Assembly (NCBI GenBank): GCA_963786105.1
Contig: CAWAXX010000014.1
Span: forward strand, 96,001-160,000
Direction: 5' to 3'
Source of the DNA: Vulcanimicrobiota bacterium
GTDB lineage: Bacteria; Vulcanimicrobiota; Vulcanimicrobiia; Vulcanimicrobiales; Vulcanimicrobiaceae
Length of the DNA stretch: 64,000 nucleotides
Under the pieces are notes generated by a model. That model had not been told where the DNA came from. It saw nothing but the letters and a program-made list of their open reading frames with translations, and did no database searches. Positions 23,079 to 33,495 of this stretch are shown one piece after another (the first letter of the stretch is position 1; every line of letters starts with the position of its first letter). The position numbers were made by a program, and so were the translations under genes.

Positions 23079-23846
23079 TTCGCTCCATTTCCGGACTCGT
23101 TGCCGCCGTGGGCCTTGCGACGGCGTTTGCATCGGCAGCGTCGCCATTGCCCGCGCCCACCGCGGCCCCGCGACAGAGTCCACCGTCCGTTGCACCGGCC
23201 GCCCGCACGGTTGCCCGCACCGGCGGCCCCGGCCGGCGCCGGCGCGGCGTTCGACTTAGGCGTCTGGACGGTGCACGCGAGTTCGGTCGATGCGAACTTC
23301 AAGACCGGCGACTTCTCGACGCCCGCTAAAGTCGTCATGACGCGCGAAGGCGGCGACGTCACCGCCGACCGCGCCAACGGCAACTACAAGACGCAGATCG
23401 TGAATCTCGTCGGGCACGTCGTGATGCACGACTCGCAGGGCAGTTACGGCGGTATCGGCGCCGGAGGCGACAACTCCAACGGTCCTTCGACGCTGACCGC
23501 GGACAAAGCCGAAATCGACGGATCGGCCAAGGTGTACAAAGCGATCGGCAACGTGCACTACGTGCAAGCCGATACGATCGTCGATTCCGACAACGGTACG
23601 CTCAACGACGCCACTCACGACTTACTCTTGCAAGGGAACGTCCGCATCGTGCAGGGCATGCGCAAGGTGAACGCACAGAACGTCGTGTACAATACCGTCA
23701 CCGATAAGGCCCACGCCTCAGGCAACGTCACCATGCAGTTTCCCGGACAGCTGCACCGCGGTCTGGCCACACCCAAGCCGCTCAACGTGCCGAAGAATCC
23801 TCTCACCAAACCGGCGGCCGCAACACCGGCGCCGCCCCGCGCTTGA
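23075..23846 (+). CDS. LptA/OstA family periplasmic protein (apparent +1 frameshift in the Pro/Ala linker)
   Basis: Signal peptide, then beta-jellyroll repeats (TADRA, GHVVM, TLTADKAE, GNVHY, GNVRI, GNV). Confidence 0.7.
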
Positions 23847-23886
23847 GGAACCTCTGACGCGGTCGCTCTTCGAGTCGCCCGACTCG

Positions 23887-25150
23887 ATGCCGCTGGCAGC
23901 ACGGATGCGACCGCGGACGTTCGACGAGTTCGTCGGACAAGACGACATCCTCGGTCCCGGACGAGCGCTGCGTCGCGCGATCGAAAACGACGCGGTGCCG
24001 TCGATGATTCTGTGGGGACCGCCCGGTACCGGAAAAACCACGCTTGCCGAGTTGGTCGCGCGCATGACCGGCTCGCATTACGAGCGCATCTCGGCCGTCA
24101 GCGCCGGCGTTGCCGATTTGCGTCGCATCGTTAGCGAATCGCAAGTGCGCCGTCGTGGCGGACGCCGTTCGGTGCTGTTCATCGACGAGATTCACCGCTT
24201 CAACAAAGCGCAACAGGACGCGGTGCTGCCCTACGTTGAGGACGGTACGATTACGCTCATCGGCGCGACCACCGAGAATCCGTCGTTCGAAGTCAATTCC
24301 GCGCTGTTGTCTCGCGCGCGCGTTTTCGTTTTAAAGCACCTATCGGACGAAGACGTGGGAAGAATCGTCGATCGCGCGGTGGCCGATTCCGAACGCGGTC
24401 TCGGGCGGCTGCACGTGCGTCTCGACGACGCCGCCAGAGTCACGCTGACCGGACTGGCCAACGGTGACGCGCGGTCGGCGCTCAACGCTCTCGAGTTTGC
24501 CGCCGCTTCGGCGCCCGAGCGCGACGGGATTCGAGACGTTTCGAAGCAGCTGGTTACCGAGGCGATGCAGCGCCGGGGTTCGGTTTACGACAAAGGCGGC
24601 GAAGCGCACTACGATACCATCAGCGCGTTCATCAAGTCGGTGCGAGCCAGCGATCCGGACGCCGCCGTCTATTGGCTCGCACGCATGCTCGACGGCGGCG
24701 AAGATCCGTTCTTCGTCGCGCGACGTCTCGTGATTCTCGCCTCGGAAGACGTCGGTCTGGCCGATTCGCGCGGCCTGCAGGTGGCGATCGCCGCGCAACA
24801 GGCAGTCCACTTCGTCGGAATGCCCGAAGGCTTCTTTCCGCTCGCGCACGCGACGCTCTATCTGGCTGCAGCGCCCAAAAGCAATAGCGTCGGCCGCGCC
24901 TACGGGGCGGCGATGGAAGACGTGCGGGAAACCCGGAACGATCCCGTACCGCTGCACTCTGCGCAATGCGCCGACCGGATTGATGCGCGGACTCGGCTAT
25001 GGCAAGGACTACCACTACGCGCACGACGATTATGACGTCGTGCAGGTCAATCTTCCGGAAAATTTGAGCAAGCGCCGCTACTATTCGCCCGGCAAAACAG
25101 GCGACGAGTCGGCCATCGCCGAGAGGTTAAAAAAAAGGCGGGTCGAGTAA
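23887..25150 (+). CDS. rarA: Replication-associated recombination protein A (apparent +1 frameshift at ~24958)
   Basis: PLAARMRP, GPPGTGKTT and DEIHRFNKAQQD; continues LRNAPTGLMRGLGYGKDYHYAHD to TAA at 25150. Confidence 0.95.
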
Positions 25151-25260
25151 TCTCGAACCGCCTCTTTTCCCGTTGCTACTTCTCGGAGTTGTGCGTTGGA
25201 GCTTCGCACGAGAGTTATGATAAAACCCCACGCTGGGAGCGCCCTGTGAGTCGAAAAAAT

Positions 25261-26414
25261 TTGGAGCGAATCTACCTCGACTACGCCGCCACGACGCCAT
25301 TGAGGACCGAGGTCATCGATGCGATGCAAACCGCCGTTTGCGATGCCAACTTCAACCCGAGTTCGCTGCACGCCGAAGGCCGCCGGACGCGCGCACTACT
25401 CGACGACGCTCGCGACCGCGTTGCGTCGGCGCTCGGCGCTGTCGCGAAAGGAAATTACGTTTACCGGCAGCGGGACCGAGGCCGACAACCTGGCGCTGTG
25501 CGGCGTCGTGCGTGCGCTTGGCGGCAAAGGGCACGTCGTGGTGAGCGCGATCGAGCATCACGCGGTTTTGCATGCGGCCCGCGACCTGCGCGAAGCGGGC
25601 TGCGACGTCACCGTGTTGCGCGTCGATTCGCGAGGCCTCGTCGATCCGGACGAGTTTGCCGCGGCAATTCGCAAGGACACGTTGGTGGCTTCGATCATGT
25701 ACGCCAATAACGAAATCGGGACCGTGCAGCCGATCGACCGCTTTGCCGAAATCGCACGCGAACGCGGCGTCGTTCTTTCACACGGACGCCGTGCAGGCAC
25801 CCGCCTGGTTACCGATCGACATGCGAGCGCTCGGCGTCGATCTGCTATCGTTGTCGAGCCACAAGTTCTACGGCCCAAAGGGCGTCGGCGTGCTGTACGT
25901 GCGCCACGGCACGCCGATCGTGCCGGTGATCGCCGGAGGCGGTCAAGAGTTCGGACGGCGGTCGGGAACCGAGAATGTCGCCGGTGCCGTCGGTGCGGCC
26001 GCCGCGTTGGAGCTGGCGACGACGGAGCGGGCGGCGAAGTCGTTGCGGATCGGTGCTCTGCGCGATCGCCTCGAGGCGGGCCTGACGGCCGCGATTCCGG
26101 ACATCGTCATCAACGCGAGCGCAGCGTTACGGCTGCCGAGCATCTCCAGCGCGAGCTTTGCCGGCATCGATCCCGCAGCGTTGCTGATGCGGCTCGACCT
26201 GGAAGGCGTCGCGGTTTCGGCGGGCAGCGCGTGCACGTCGGGCACGCTGGAGCCGAGTCACGTGATCGCCGCCCTTCGCCCCGGCGTCGATTCGGAGGCC
26301 ACCATCCGCTTTTCCCTGGGCGGGCCAACGACCGAGGCCGAAATCGACCGGGTCTTAGCGATCCTGCCGCCGGTCGCGGCCGCCTTGCGCCGGCCGGCCG
26401 AAACTCCTGCGTAA
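25261..26414 (+). CDS. iscS: Cysteine desulfurase IscS/NifS family (two apparent +1 frameshifts, ~25441 and ~25775)
   Basis: IYLDYAATTP and NPSSLH; FTGSGTEADN and NNEIG; HTDAVQ, SSHKFYGPKG and GSACTSG. Confidence 0.9.
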
Positions 26415-26507
26415 GTATTGGCACGAGAAAGGGGATACTGAGAGGGAGGCCCGAATCGGCAGCGCTCGGTTGCCTGACGCTTGCGCGCGCAAATGGAGAA
26501 ATTGGCT

Positions 26508-26924
26508 GTGAATTCGACGGTAATCGGGGTCCTTGTGCTGGATGTCTTAGCCGGGGTTGGGGTGCTGCTCGCCGGCATCGGCGTTCTCATCGGCATGCTG
26601 GCATTGGCGAAGACGCTCTCGCGCGTGAACGTCACCCTCGACGGCGTCGACCGGCAACTCGAAAACTTGGGCGAACCGGTCGCGAAGACCCTCGGTCACG
26701 TCGACGGGATCGCCGATACCGCCGACCGGACGCTGGCGCGCTTGAGCGGCGTTGCGAGCTCGCTCGAGGACGTTGCGGGGAGCGTTTCGCAGACGGCGCA
26801 ACTCGCCAAAGACGCGCTGACGCCGGCAATCGTCAACGTCGGCACGACCATTACCGGGATCAGCAGTGGTTTGCGGCGTCTGGTAACGGGAAAGAAGGCA
26901 ACTGACCAATCCCAACAGGAGTAG
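26508..26924 (+). CDS. DUF948 / YtxG-like protein
   Basis: N-terminal TM helix plus heptad coiled coil, upstream of a YtxH-like gene. Confidence 0.7.
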   Translation: MNSTVIGVLVLDVLAGVGVLLAGIGVLIGMLALAKTLSRVNVTLDGVDRQLENLGEPVAKTLGHVDGIADTADRTLARLSGVASSLEDVAGSVSQTAQLAKDALTPAIVNVGTTITGISSGLRRLVTGKKATDQSQQE

Positions 26925-26930
26925 GTTTTT

Positions 26931-27269
26931 ATGGCTAACGGCAGAGGCGGAGGATTCTTCGCCGGTTTTCTTTTAGGTTCGATCGTCGGCGGTGCGGCGG
27001 CAGTGCTTCTCACGCAGGAAGAAACGCGCGACTTACTCGTCGGCAAAGCGCGCGAAGCCGGCAATCTCGCCAAGGACGCGACCGACGATTTGCGCGGTAA
27101 GGTCAACGACGTCACCTCGCAGTGGCAATCGAGCGCGTCGGATCTCTACGAACGTGGAAAACACGTGGTCGATAGCGCACGAGCGAACGTCGATGCGGCC
27201 GTCGACGAGGGGAAGAGCAGCGCTGCACGGGCGCACGACGAACTGACGCAACAGGCCCGGGAGCAGTGA
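26931..27269 (+). CDS. YtxH domain protein
   Basis: FFAGFLLGSIVGGAAAVLL...ETRDLL, then an LEA-like helix. Confidence 0.85.
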   Translation: MANGRGGGFFAGFLLGSIVGGAAAVLLTQEETRDLLVGKAREAGNLAKDATDDLRGKVNDVTSQWQSSASDLYERGKHVVDSARANVDAAVDEGKSSAARAHDELTQQAREQ

Positions 27270-27616
27270 TCTTGGATATCAAAGTGCACGTCCGCGAGGC
27301 GCCCGGAGACTGCTATGTGGTCGATTTGAGCGGAGAAATCGACGTGTACACGTCGCCGAAGGTAAAAGATTCGATCGGCGAGCTCATCGATCGAGGAGTG
27401 TACCATCTGGTCATCAATCTCGAAAAGGTTCGCTACATCGATTCGACCGGTTTGGGCGTGTTGATCGGCGGATTGAAACGCGTGCGCGAGCACGGCGGCT
27501 CGGTGAATCTCGTGTGCACCAATCCGCAGATCAAGAAAATCTTCGACATCACCGGTCTGGTCAAGATCTTCGGTATCTTCGATAGCGAAGAGGCGGCGAT
27601 GAAGGCTTTGGTGTGA
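27266..27616 (+). CDS. rsbV: Anti-sigma factor antagonist (STAS)
   Basis: GEIDVYTSP, VRYIDSTGLG and IFDITGL. Confidence 0.92.
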   Translation: MILDIKVHVREAPGDCYVVDLSGEIDVYTSPKVKDSIGELIDRGVYHLVINLEKVRYIDSTGLGVLIGGLKRVREHGGSVNLVCTNPQIKKIFDITGLVKIFGIFDSEEAAMKALV

Positions 27617-28053
27617 ATCCGGCCATCGAACGCCAATCGGTGCGTGAAATCGTCGAGTTGCGCGTTCCCAGCAAGGCGGAGTGGGTAGCGCTGATTCGCC
27701 TTGCGACGGCCGCCGTTGCCAACCGGCTCAAGTTTTCGATCGAAGATATCGAAGACGTGAAGCTCGCCGTAGCCGAAGCGTGCACCGCGGTAATCCAGCA
27801 CGACGGCCACGGCGAGTTTATCGAAGTAACCTGCGAGGTGTCGGCTGACGCTCTGTACCTGCGCGTGCACGACGCGGGGCGCCAGGTGCCGCACACGGAT
27901 GCGAGCCGTAGCATGGATTTCGACGAGGCGCGCGTTGCCGGACTCGGCGTGTTTTTGATTCGTACGCTAATGGACGAAGTGAGTTACGACGTCCACCCGG
28001 AATTGGGCACCGACCTGCGGATGGTGAAAAAACTCCCCGGTCGCCCCGGCTGA
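27613..28053 (+). CDS. rsbW: Anti-sigma factor RsbW-like (HATPase_c_2)
   Basis: IEDVKLAVAEAC and GLGVFLIRTLMDEV; lies between rsbV and sigB. Confidence 0.88.
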   Translation: MNPAIERQSVREIVELRVPSKAEWVALIRLATAAVANRLKFSIEDIEDVKLAVAEACTAVIQHDGHGEFIEVTCEVSADALYLRVHDAGRQVPHTDASRSMDFDEARVAGLGVFLIRTLMDEVSYDVHPELGTDLRMVKKLPGRPG

Positions 28054-28054
28054 A

Positions 28055-28859
28055 GTGCAGGAACGGATTGATTCGCGTCCGGATCGCGAACGCACGCGAG
28101 CGCTCTTCACGCGCTTTATCGCGGTGCGCGAGCGGCTGGCGCAAGACGGTGGCGAGCCGGACTCCGAGTACGAGCGGTTGCGCGACGAGCTGGTCGTCGC
28201 GCACTTGAACCTGGCGCGATTTCTTGCGGTGAAGTTTGCGAACCGCGGCGAGCCGCTCGACGATTTAGTCCAAGTAGGGACGGTGGGGTTGCTCAAGGCG
28301 ATCGACCGTTTCGATACGGAGCGTGGGGTCGAGTTCACCACCTACGCGACGCCGACGATCGTTGGCGAGATCAAACGCTACTTTCGCGATAAGGGTTGGG
28401 CGGTCAAAGTACCGCGTCGTCTGCAAGAGCTCAACCTCGCAGTGAATCGCGCCGGCGACAAGCTGGCGATCGAACTCGGCCGCAGTCCGACGGTTGCCGA
28501 GCTCGCCGCCGCGCTATCCGCCGGCGAAGAAGAAATTCTGGAGGCGCAGGAACTCGGACAGGCATACAACCTCCTGTCGCTCGACAGCGAAGTCTCCGGC
28601 GAAACGGACCGGAAGACGCAAACCCTCTCCGACACCGTCGGCGTGTCGGATGCGCGGACTGGAACTGCTCGAAGACCGGGCCAATCTCGAGCGCGCATTC
28701 GGCGTGCTGTCGGGCCGCGAGCGCGTGATCATTTACCTGCGCTTCTACGAGTCGGTCTCGCAAACGGAGATCGCCAAGCGGTTGAACGTCTCGCAGATGC
28801 ACGTCTCGCGTCTCCAAGCAAAGGCGTTGGAGAAGCTCCGATCCGTCCTGGCGGAGTAA
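28055..28859 (+). CDS. sigB: SigB/SigF/SigG family sigma factor (apparent +1 frameshift at ~28655)
   Basis: DDLVQVGTVGLLKAIDRFD, PTIVGEIKRYFRD and SQTEIAKRLNVSQMHVSRL. Confidence 0.92.
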
Positions 28860-28962
28860 GGCCCCGCGTCCTCGTGAGCGGAGCGCCCGCGTAGTCGAGG
28901 GACGCTAATCCGACCAAGGCCCAGGAGCGGCGGCCCGGTTTCTGCTATCATTTCCCGTTGAA

Positions 28963-31572
28963 ATGAAAAGTCAGGAACTCCGCCAAGCCTGGATCGATTT
29001 CTTTGTGGCCAAGCAGCACCGGCTGCTGCCGCCGGCGAGCCTCGTCCCCCATGAAATGTCGACGACGCTCTTTACGATCGCGGGCATGGAACAGTTCGTC
29101 CCGATTTTTCTTGGGGAGCAGCCGGCTCCGGCGCCGCGCGCAGTGACGATTCAGCGCTGCTTGCGGGTGGCCGGCGCCAAAAGCGACATTGAAAACGTCG
29201 GACGAACCGGACGTCATGGCACCTTTCTCGAGATGCTCGGCAACTTCAGTTTCGGCGACTATTACAAACGCGAAGCGATCGCGTGGGCGTGGGAGTTCTC
29301 AACGACCGTGCTTCGTCTGGATCCCGCGCGTCTGTACGTCACGGTCCACACCGGTGACGATGAAGCCGAGCAGATTTGGACCCGGGACGTCGGACTCGAG
29401 AGCTCGCGCATCACGCGTTTCGACGACGACAACTTCTGGACGATGGGCCTGACCGGTCCGTGCGGGCCGTGCACGGAGCTCTTCTACGATCTCGGCGAGC
29501 GGTACGCGAGCGGTCCCGATGACGACGGTCCGAACAAGGGCAATCGTTTCGTCGAGTTTTGGAACGTGGTGTTCCAGCAATACAACCGGACCTCGGACGG
29601 TACGCTCGGCGAACTTCCGCGCAAGGCGATCGACACCGGAGCCGGTTTCGAGCGCATGCTGGCCATTTGCAACGGCAAGGCCTCGATGTACGACACCGAC
29701 CTTTTTACCGATTTGGTGGCGGCTCAACCCGCCGTCGGACAAACCTCGTTGCTGGAGGCCGAACGGCACGTGCGGCGCAACATTATCGCCGATCACGCTC
29801 GCGCGGTGACGTTCTTGATTAACGACGGCGTCTATCCGTCGAACACCGAGCGCGGCTACGTGCTACGCTTTCTCATTCGGCGTGCCATCCGCAACGGACG
29901 ATTGCTCGGGTATCCCGACGGCTTTCTTACCAATTTGGTTCCGGCGGTCGTCGCATCGCTCGAAGCCGGGTATCCCGAACTGCGCCAGAACGTAGCGCGG
30001 ATCGCGTCGGCGCTCATGAGCGAGGAGCGCACGTTCGATCGTACCCTCGAGCGCGGGATGACGATGCTCGATCGGCTGATCGACGATGCGACCGCCGATG
30101 GGACGAAGGCGCTTTGCGGCGACGCGGCGTTTCAACTTCACGACACATACGGTTTTCCGATCGAGCTGACGCGCGAGGTCGCGGGCGAACGCGGCGTCAC
30201 CGTCGACGCCGCCGGATTCGAGCGGCTCATGGACGAACAGCGCGAGCGCGCGCGCAGCGACGCCGCGTCCAAGCGAGCCGAGGTCGCCGTGACCGACGTA
30301 CCCGCGATCGAAAGCGAGTTCACCGGCTACGAAGGGCTCGAAGGCACCGGGAACGTGGTGGCCGCGCTCGAGGGCGAGCGGCCCGTTGCGGCGTTGAACG
30401 AAGGCGAAGAAGGCACGCTGATTCTCGATGCGTCGTCGTTCTATGCCGAACGCGGCGGGCAGATCGGAGATCGCGGAACCATCGTCGGGCCCGACGGCAC
30501 GTTCGAGGTGCGCGATACGCAGTTTCTGGGCGAGGCGATCGCGCACCAAGGAGTCGTCGCTAGGGGAAGGATTGCGAACGGCGATCGGGTTCGCACCGCC
30601 GTGCACGAATGGTGGCGCCGCGAAATCCGACGCCATCATACGTCGGCGCACCTGCTCCAGCGCGCCCTCAAAGACGTGCTCGGCGACGACGTCAACCAGG
30701 CCGGCTCGTGGGTGGGAATCGATCGAATGCGATTCGACTTCCGATGGGGCGGCGGCGCGCTGAACGGCGAACAGAAGCGCGCCGTGGCGCGACGCGTGAA
30801 CGAAATGATCCGCGACGATTCGCATCTGGTGACCCGCGTTCTGCCGTTGGAAGAGGCCAAGCGCACCGGCGCGATTTGGATGGCGGGGGAGAAATACGGC
30901 GACCAAATTCGAGTCGTCAGCGCCGGCCCGTCCGTGGAGTTCTGCGGCGGTACGCACTCGCACTCCACCGGCGAGCTCGGAATGTTTGTGATTCTTTCGG
31001 AGTTTTCGATCGGCAGCGGGATTCGCCGCATCGAGTCGTGCGTTTCGCAGGCGGCCGAGGAGTTCGTCGAGCGACAAAGCGATCTGGTGGGGAGCCTGTC
31101 TTCGTCGCTTGCAACCTCTCCCGACGAGTTGGGCGAGCGCGTCGGAAAGCTCCAGCGCGAAGTGCGAGACCTGCAAACGGCGCTCGGGCAGCTCAAAGCG
31201 CGCCTGGCATCCGCCGACGCGCAGGCGTACGTGGAAAAAGCCGAGCGCAAAGGCGGGCGCACGTTCGTGGGCGCGATCGTGCACGAAGCCAACGCGGATG
31301 CGCTGCGTCAGTTGACGCATGCGATTCGCAGCCGGCTGCCGAGCGGGGCGATCGCGCTCGCCGGCATCGATGGGGACAGCGTCAACCTGCTAGTCAGCGC
31401 GAGCGACGATCTGGTGAAAGCGGGACTGCACGCCGGGAACTTGGTGAAACTAGCGGCGCCCCTGATCGGCGGCAAGGGCGGTGGCCAGCCAGCGCAAGCG
31501 CAGGGCGGCGGAAAGGACGTCGATGGTGCCGGCGCTGCCTTGCAAGCAATTCGCGAGGCGGTCTTGGCGTGA
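28963..31572 (+). CDS. alaS: Alanine--tRNA ligase
   Basis: FLEMLGNFSFGDY, IDTGAGFER, HDTYGFP; editing motifs HHTSAH and CGGTH. Confidence 0.98.
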   Translation: MKSQELRQAWIDFFVAKQHRLLPPASLVPHEMSTTLFTIAGMEQFVPIFLGEQPAPAPRAVTIQRCLRVAGAKSDIENVGRTGRHGTFLEMLGNFSFGDYYKREAIAWAWEFSTTVLRLDPARLYVTVHTGDDEAEQIWTRDVGLESSRITRFDDDNFWTMGLTGPCGPCTELFYDLGERYASGPDDDGPNKGNRFVEFWNVVFQQYNRTSDGTLGELPRKAIDTGAGFERMLAICNGKASMYDTDLFTDLVAAQPAVGQTSLLEAERHVRRNIIADHARAVTFLINDGVYPSNTERGYVLRFLIRRAIRNGRLLGYPDGFLTNLVPAVVASLEAGYPELRQNVARIASALMSEERTFDRTLERGMTMLDRLIDDATADGTKALCGDAAFQLHDTYGFPIELTREVAGERGVTVDAAGFERLMDEQRERARSDAASKRAEVAVTDVPAIESEFTGYEGLEGTGNVVAALEGERPVAALNEGEEGTLILDASSFYAERGGQIGDRGTIVGPDGTFEVRDTQFLGEAIAHQGVVARGRIANGDRVRTAVHEWWRREIRRHHTSAHLLQRALKDVLGDDVNQAGSWVGIDRMRFDFRWGGGALNGEQKRAVARRVNEMIRDDSHLVTRVLPLEEAKRTGAIWMAGEKYGDQIRVVSAGPSVEFCGGTHSHSTGELGMFVILSEFSIGSGIRRIESCVSQAAEEFVERQSDLVGSLSSSLATSPDELGERVGKLQREVRDLQTALGQLKARLASADAQAYVEKAERKGGRTFVGAIVHEANADALRQLTHAIRSRLPSGAIALAGIDGDSVNLLVSASDDLVKAGLHAGNLVKLAAPLIGGKGGGQPAQAQGGGKDVDGAGAALQAIREAVLA

Positions 31573-32270
31573 ACCGCTTGCGACGCTTCGCGGCGTTGGC
31601 CGGCGCGAGCGTTTTGCTCGGTGCCGTCGCGCCGCTTGCATCGCCGCTCGACTCGCAATACGTTCTGCAGCGATACGCGCTCGCCATCGACGCCGTGCCG
31701 ATTCCTAAGAACGTCGTCTTTACGTACACCGTCTCGCAGGTAGGGCCGAGCAATATCGAGCAGCGGCATACGATTTTTCGAAGCGGGCCGGAAGTTCGCG
31801 ACGAAACGCTGGCGGTCGACGGGATAGCGCTCGCGCGAAAAATCGTGCGCTTCTCGCGTCGCGACGACCGCTACCTGGTTGCCCGTTTAGCGCCGCGATC
31901 GGGTGAGTACCAGATACTGTTCTTGCGCTCCGCCAAAGAAGGTCAGCGTTTCGACTATATCTACGAGGTAACGCCGCTGGTGCGGCAACCTGGCGCGTCG
32001 GTCGATCGGATGACGATCGACGGTTCGCGGTTCTTGCCGCGAGTAGTGCACTTTGCGACGATCGGGCCGGATGCTAAGGGAACCGGCGAAGTCGTTTACG
32101 CACCGTTCAAGCAGTATTGGCTGCCGGTGCTGGCAACCGTCGACGCCAGCGTCAAAGGAAAACCGGCTCGGGAGCGCATCACGTGGGGTGATTACCGGTT
32201 TCCCGAAGCACTGCCGCCCTCGACGTTTCAGCCGCCCAAACCGCTTCCGGCCGCCAGCCCGCCCCCGTGA
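31569..32270 (+). CDS. Hypothetical secreted protein
   Basis: GTGA overlaps at both ends; signal-peptide-like N-terminus; beta-rich. Confidence 0.7.
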   Translation: MNRLRRFAALAGASVLLGAVAPLASPLDSQYVLQRYALAIDAVPIPKNVVFTYTVSQVGPSNIEQRHTIFRSGPEVRDETLAVDGIALARKIVRFSRRDDRYLVARLAPRSGEYQILFLRSAKEGQRFDYIYEVTPLVRQPGASVDRMTIDGSRFLPRVVHFATIGPDAKGTGEVVYAPFKQYWLPVLATVDASVKGKPARERITWGDYRFPEALPPSTFQPPKPLPAASPPP

Positions 32271-33433
32271 TGCGCGTCAAGCCTGCCTACATTGCCGGCT
32301 TCGCTGCCTTGATCGTCACCGCGCTCGTTTCGCACCTGCGTGCGACGCCGTACGACAACTTCGTTCTGCTGTCGCAGGCGTTCTTGCACGGACGTGCTTG
32401 GATCGATTGGCCGGGTGACTACATCGATGCGCTGGGGTACGGCGGCCGGCACTACGTTATCGAAGCGCCGCTGCCGGCAATCCTTTTGCTGCCCTACGTC
32501 GCGCTCTTCGGCGTGCACGCGAATCAGACGCTGCTGTCGATCCTGCTGGCCGGCGTGGCCATCGGCGCGGCGTGGGAGCTCGGCGAACGATTTGGTTTGC
32601 CGCCGTCGAGCAACGCGTGGATCTGCGCATTTCTGTTGGCGGGCACGGATCTGCTTTGGTGCGCGATGCTCGGTGACGTTTGGTTTATCGCGCACGTTTC
32701 GGCGGTGTGCTTTACGTTGCTGGCGCTCGTCGAACTGGCCGGCGCCCGGCGGGCGTGGCTGGTCGCGCTGTGGGCGGCCTGCGCGTTCGAATCTCGCTTT
32801 TCGCTGATCTTAACGCTCCCGGTCTACGCGTATCTTTGCGCGAGGGATCCGGACAAACCGCTCGCGATCGGTCCGCAGTGGCGCGCGACGCTCGCCGGCT
32901 TTGCGGCGGTTTTGGTTCCCGTCGCCGCGCTCTGGGCGCTCTACAACCGCGCGCGTTGGGGCACGTGGACCGACATCGGCTACACGACGTGGTACCACCA
33001 GGACCAGGCGGGATTGCCGACCGGTTCGCCTTTTCGGCTAGCCTATTTGCCGTACCAAGTCACGTCGTTCTTCGTGCAGGGCGCGACCCGCTTGCCGGAG
33101 TTTCCGTATCTTCGTCCGGAGTATTCCGGCGTCGCGCTCACCTGGACGTCGCCGGCACTCGTGCTGGCGTTTTTCGCGCGTAATCCGTTGCGCTGGGTCC
33201 TAGCCCTCTGGACCGCTGCGCTGGTTGCGGCGGTGCCGAACTTTCTCTACTACGTAAACGGGTTCGCGCAGTTCGGCATGCGCCATGCGCTCGACTTCGA
33301 GCCATTCCTGATCGCGCTCATGATGCTGGCAGTGCGAAAGCGGTTTCCACCGTGGGGATACGTTCTCATCGCCTATTCCGTAGGCGTGGGTTTCTGGGGC
33401 TGCTGGTACTGGAACGCCTACGTTCGAACGTAA
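32267..33433 (+). CDS. Polytopic membrane protein, GT-C glycosyltransferase-like
   Basis: About 10 TM segments, external loop after TM1, and a QFGMRHALDF motif. Confidence 0.55.
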   Translation: MMRVKPAYIAGFAALIVTALVSHLRATPYDNFVLLSQAFLHGRAWIDWPGDYIDALGYGGRHYVIEAPLPAILLLPYVALFGVHANQTLLSILLAGVAIGAAWELGERFGLPPSSNAWICAFLLAGTDLLWCAMLGDVWFIAHVSAVCFTLLALVELAGARRAWLVALWAACAFESRFSLILTLPVYAYLCARDPDKPLAIGPQWRATLAGFAAVLVPVAALWALYNRARWGTWTDIGYTTWYHQDQAGLPTGSPFRLAYLPYQVTSFFVQGATRLPEFPYLRPEYSGVALTWTSPALVLAFFARNPLRWVLALWTAALVAAVPNFLYYVNGFAQFGMRHALDFEPFLIALMMLAVRKRFPPWGYVLIAYSVGVGFWGCWYWNAYVRT

Positions 33434-33495
33434 GAGCGTGACACCGCGAGTCGACTGCGCGCCTGCGGCGCTTCGCTGCGGATGACGGAGTAATA

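Noticed and set aside
28860..28962. T-box leader upstream of alaS
   Set aside because: The spacer is only about 100 nt and has no T-box motif; just a possible extended -10 (TGcTATCAT).
29863..31320. Long antisense or alternative-frame ORFs (also 2102-3427, 17890-19164, 48025-49221, 60726-61742)
   Set aside because: These are shadow ORFs of well-supported genes, expected at high GC.
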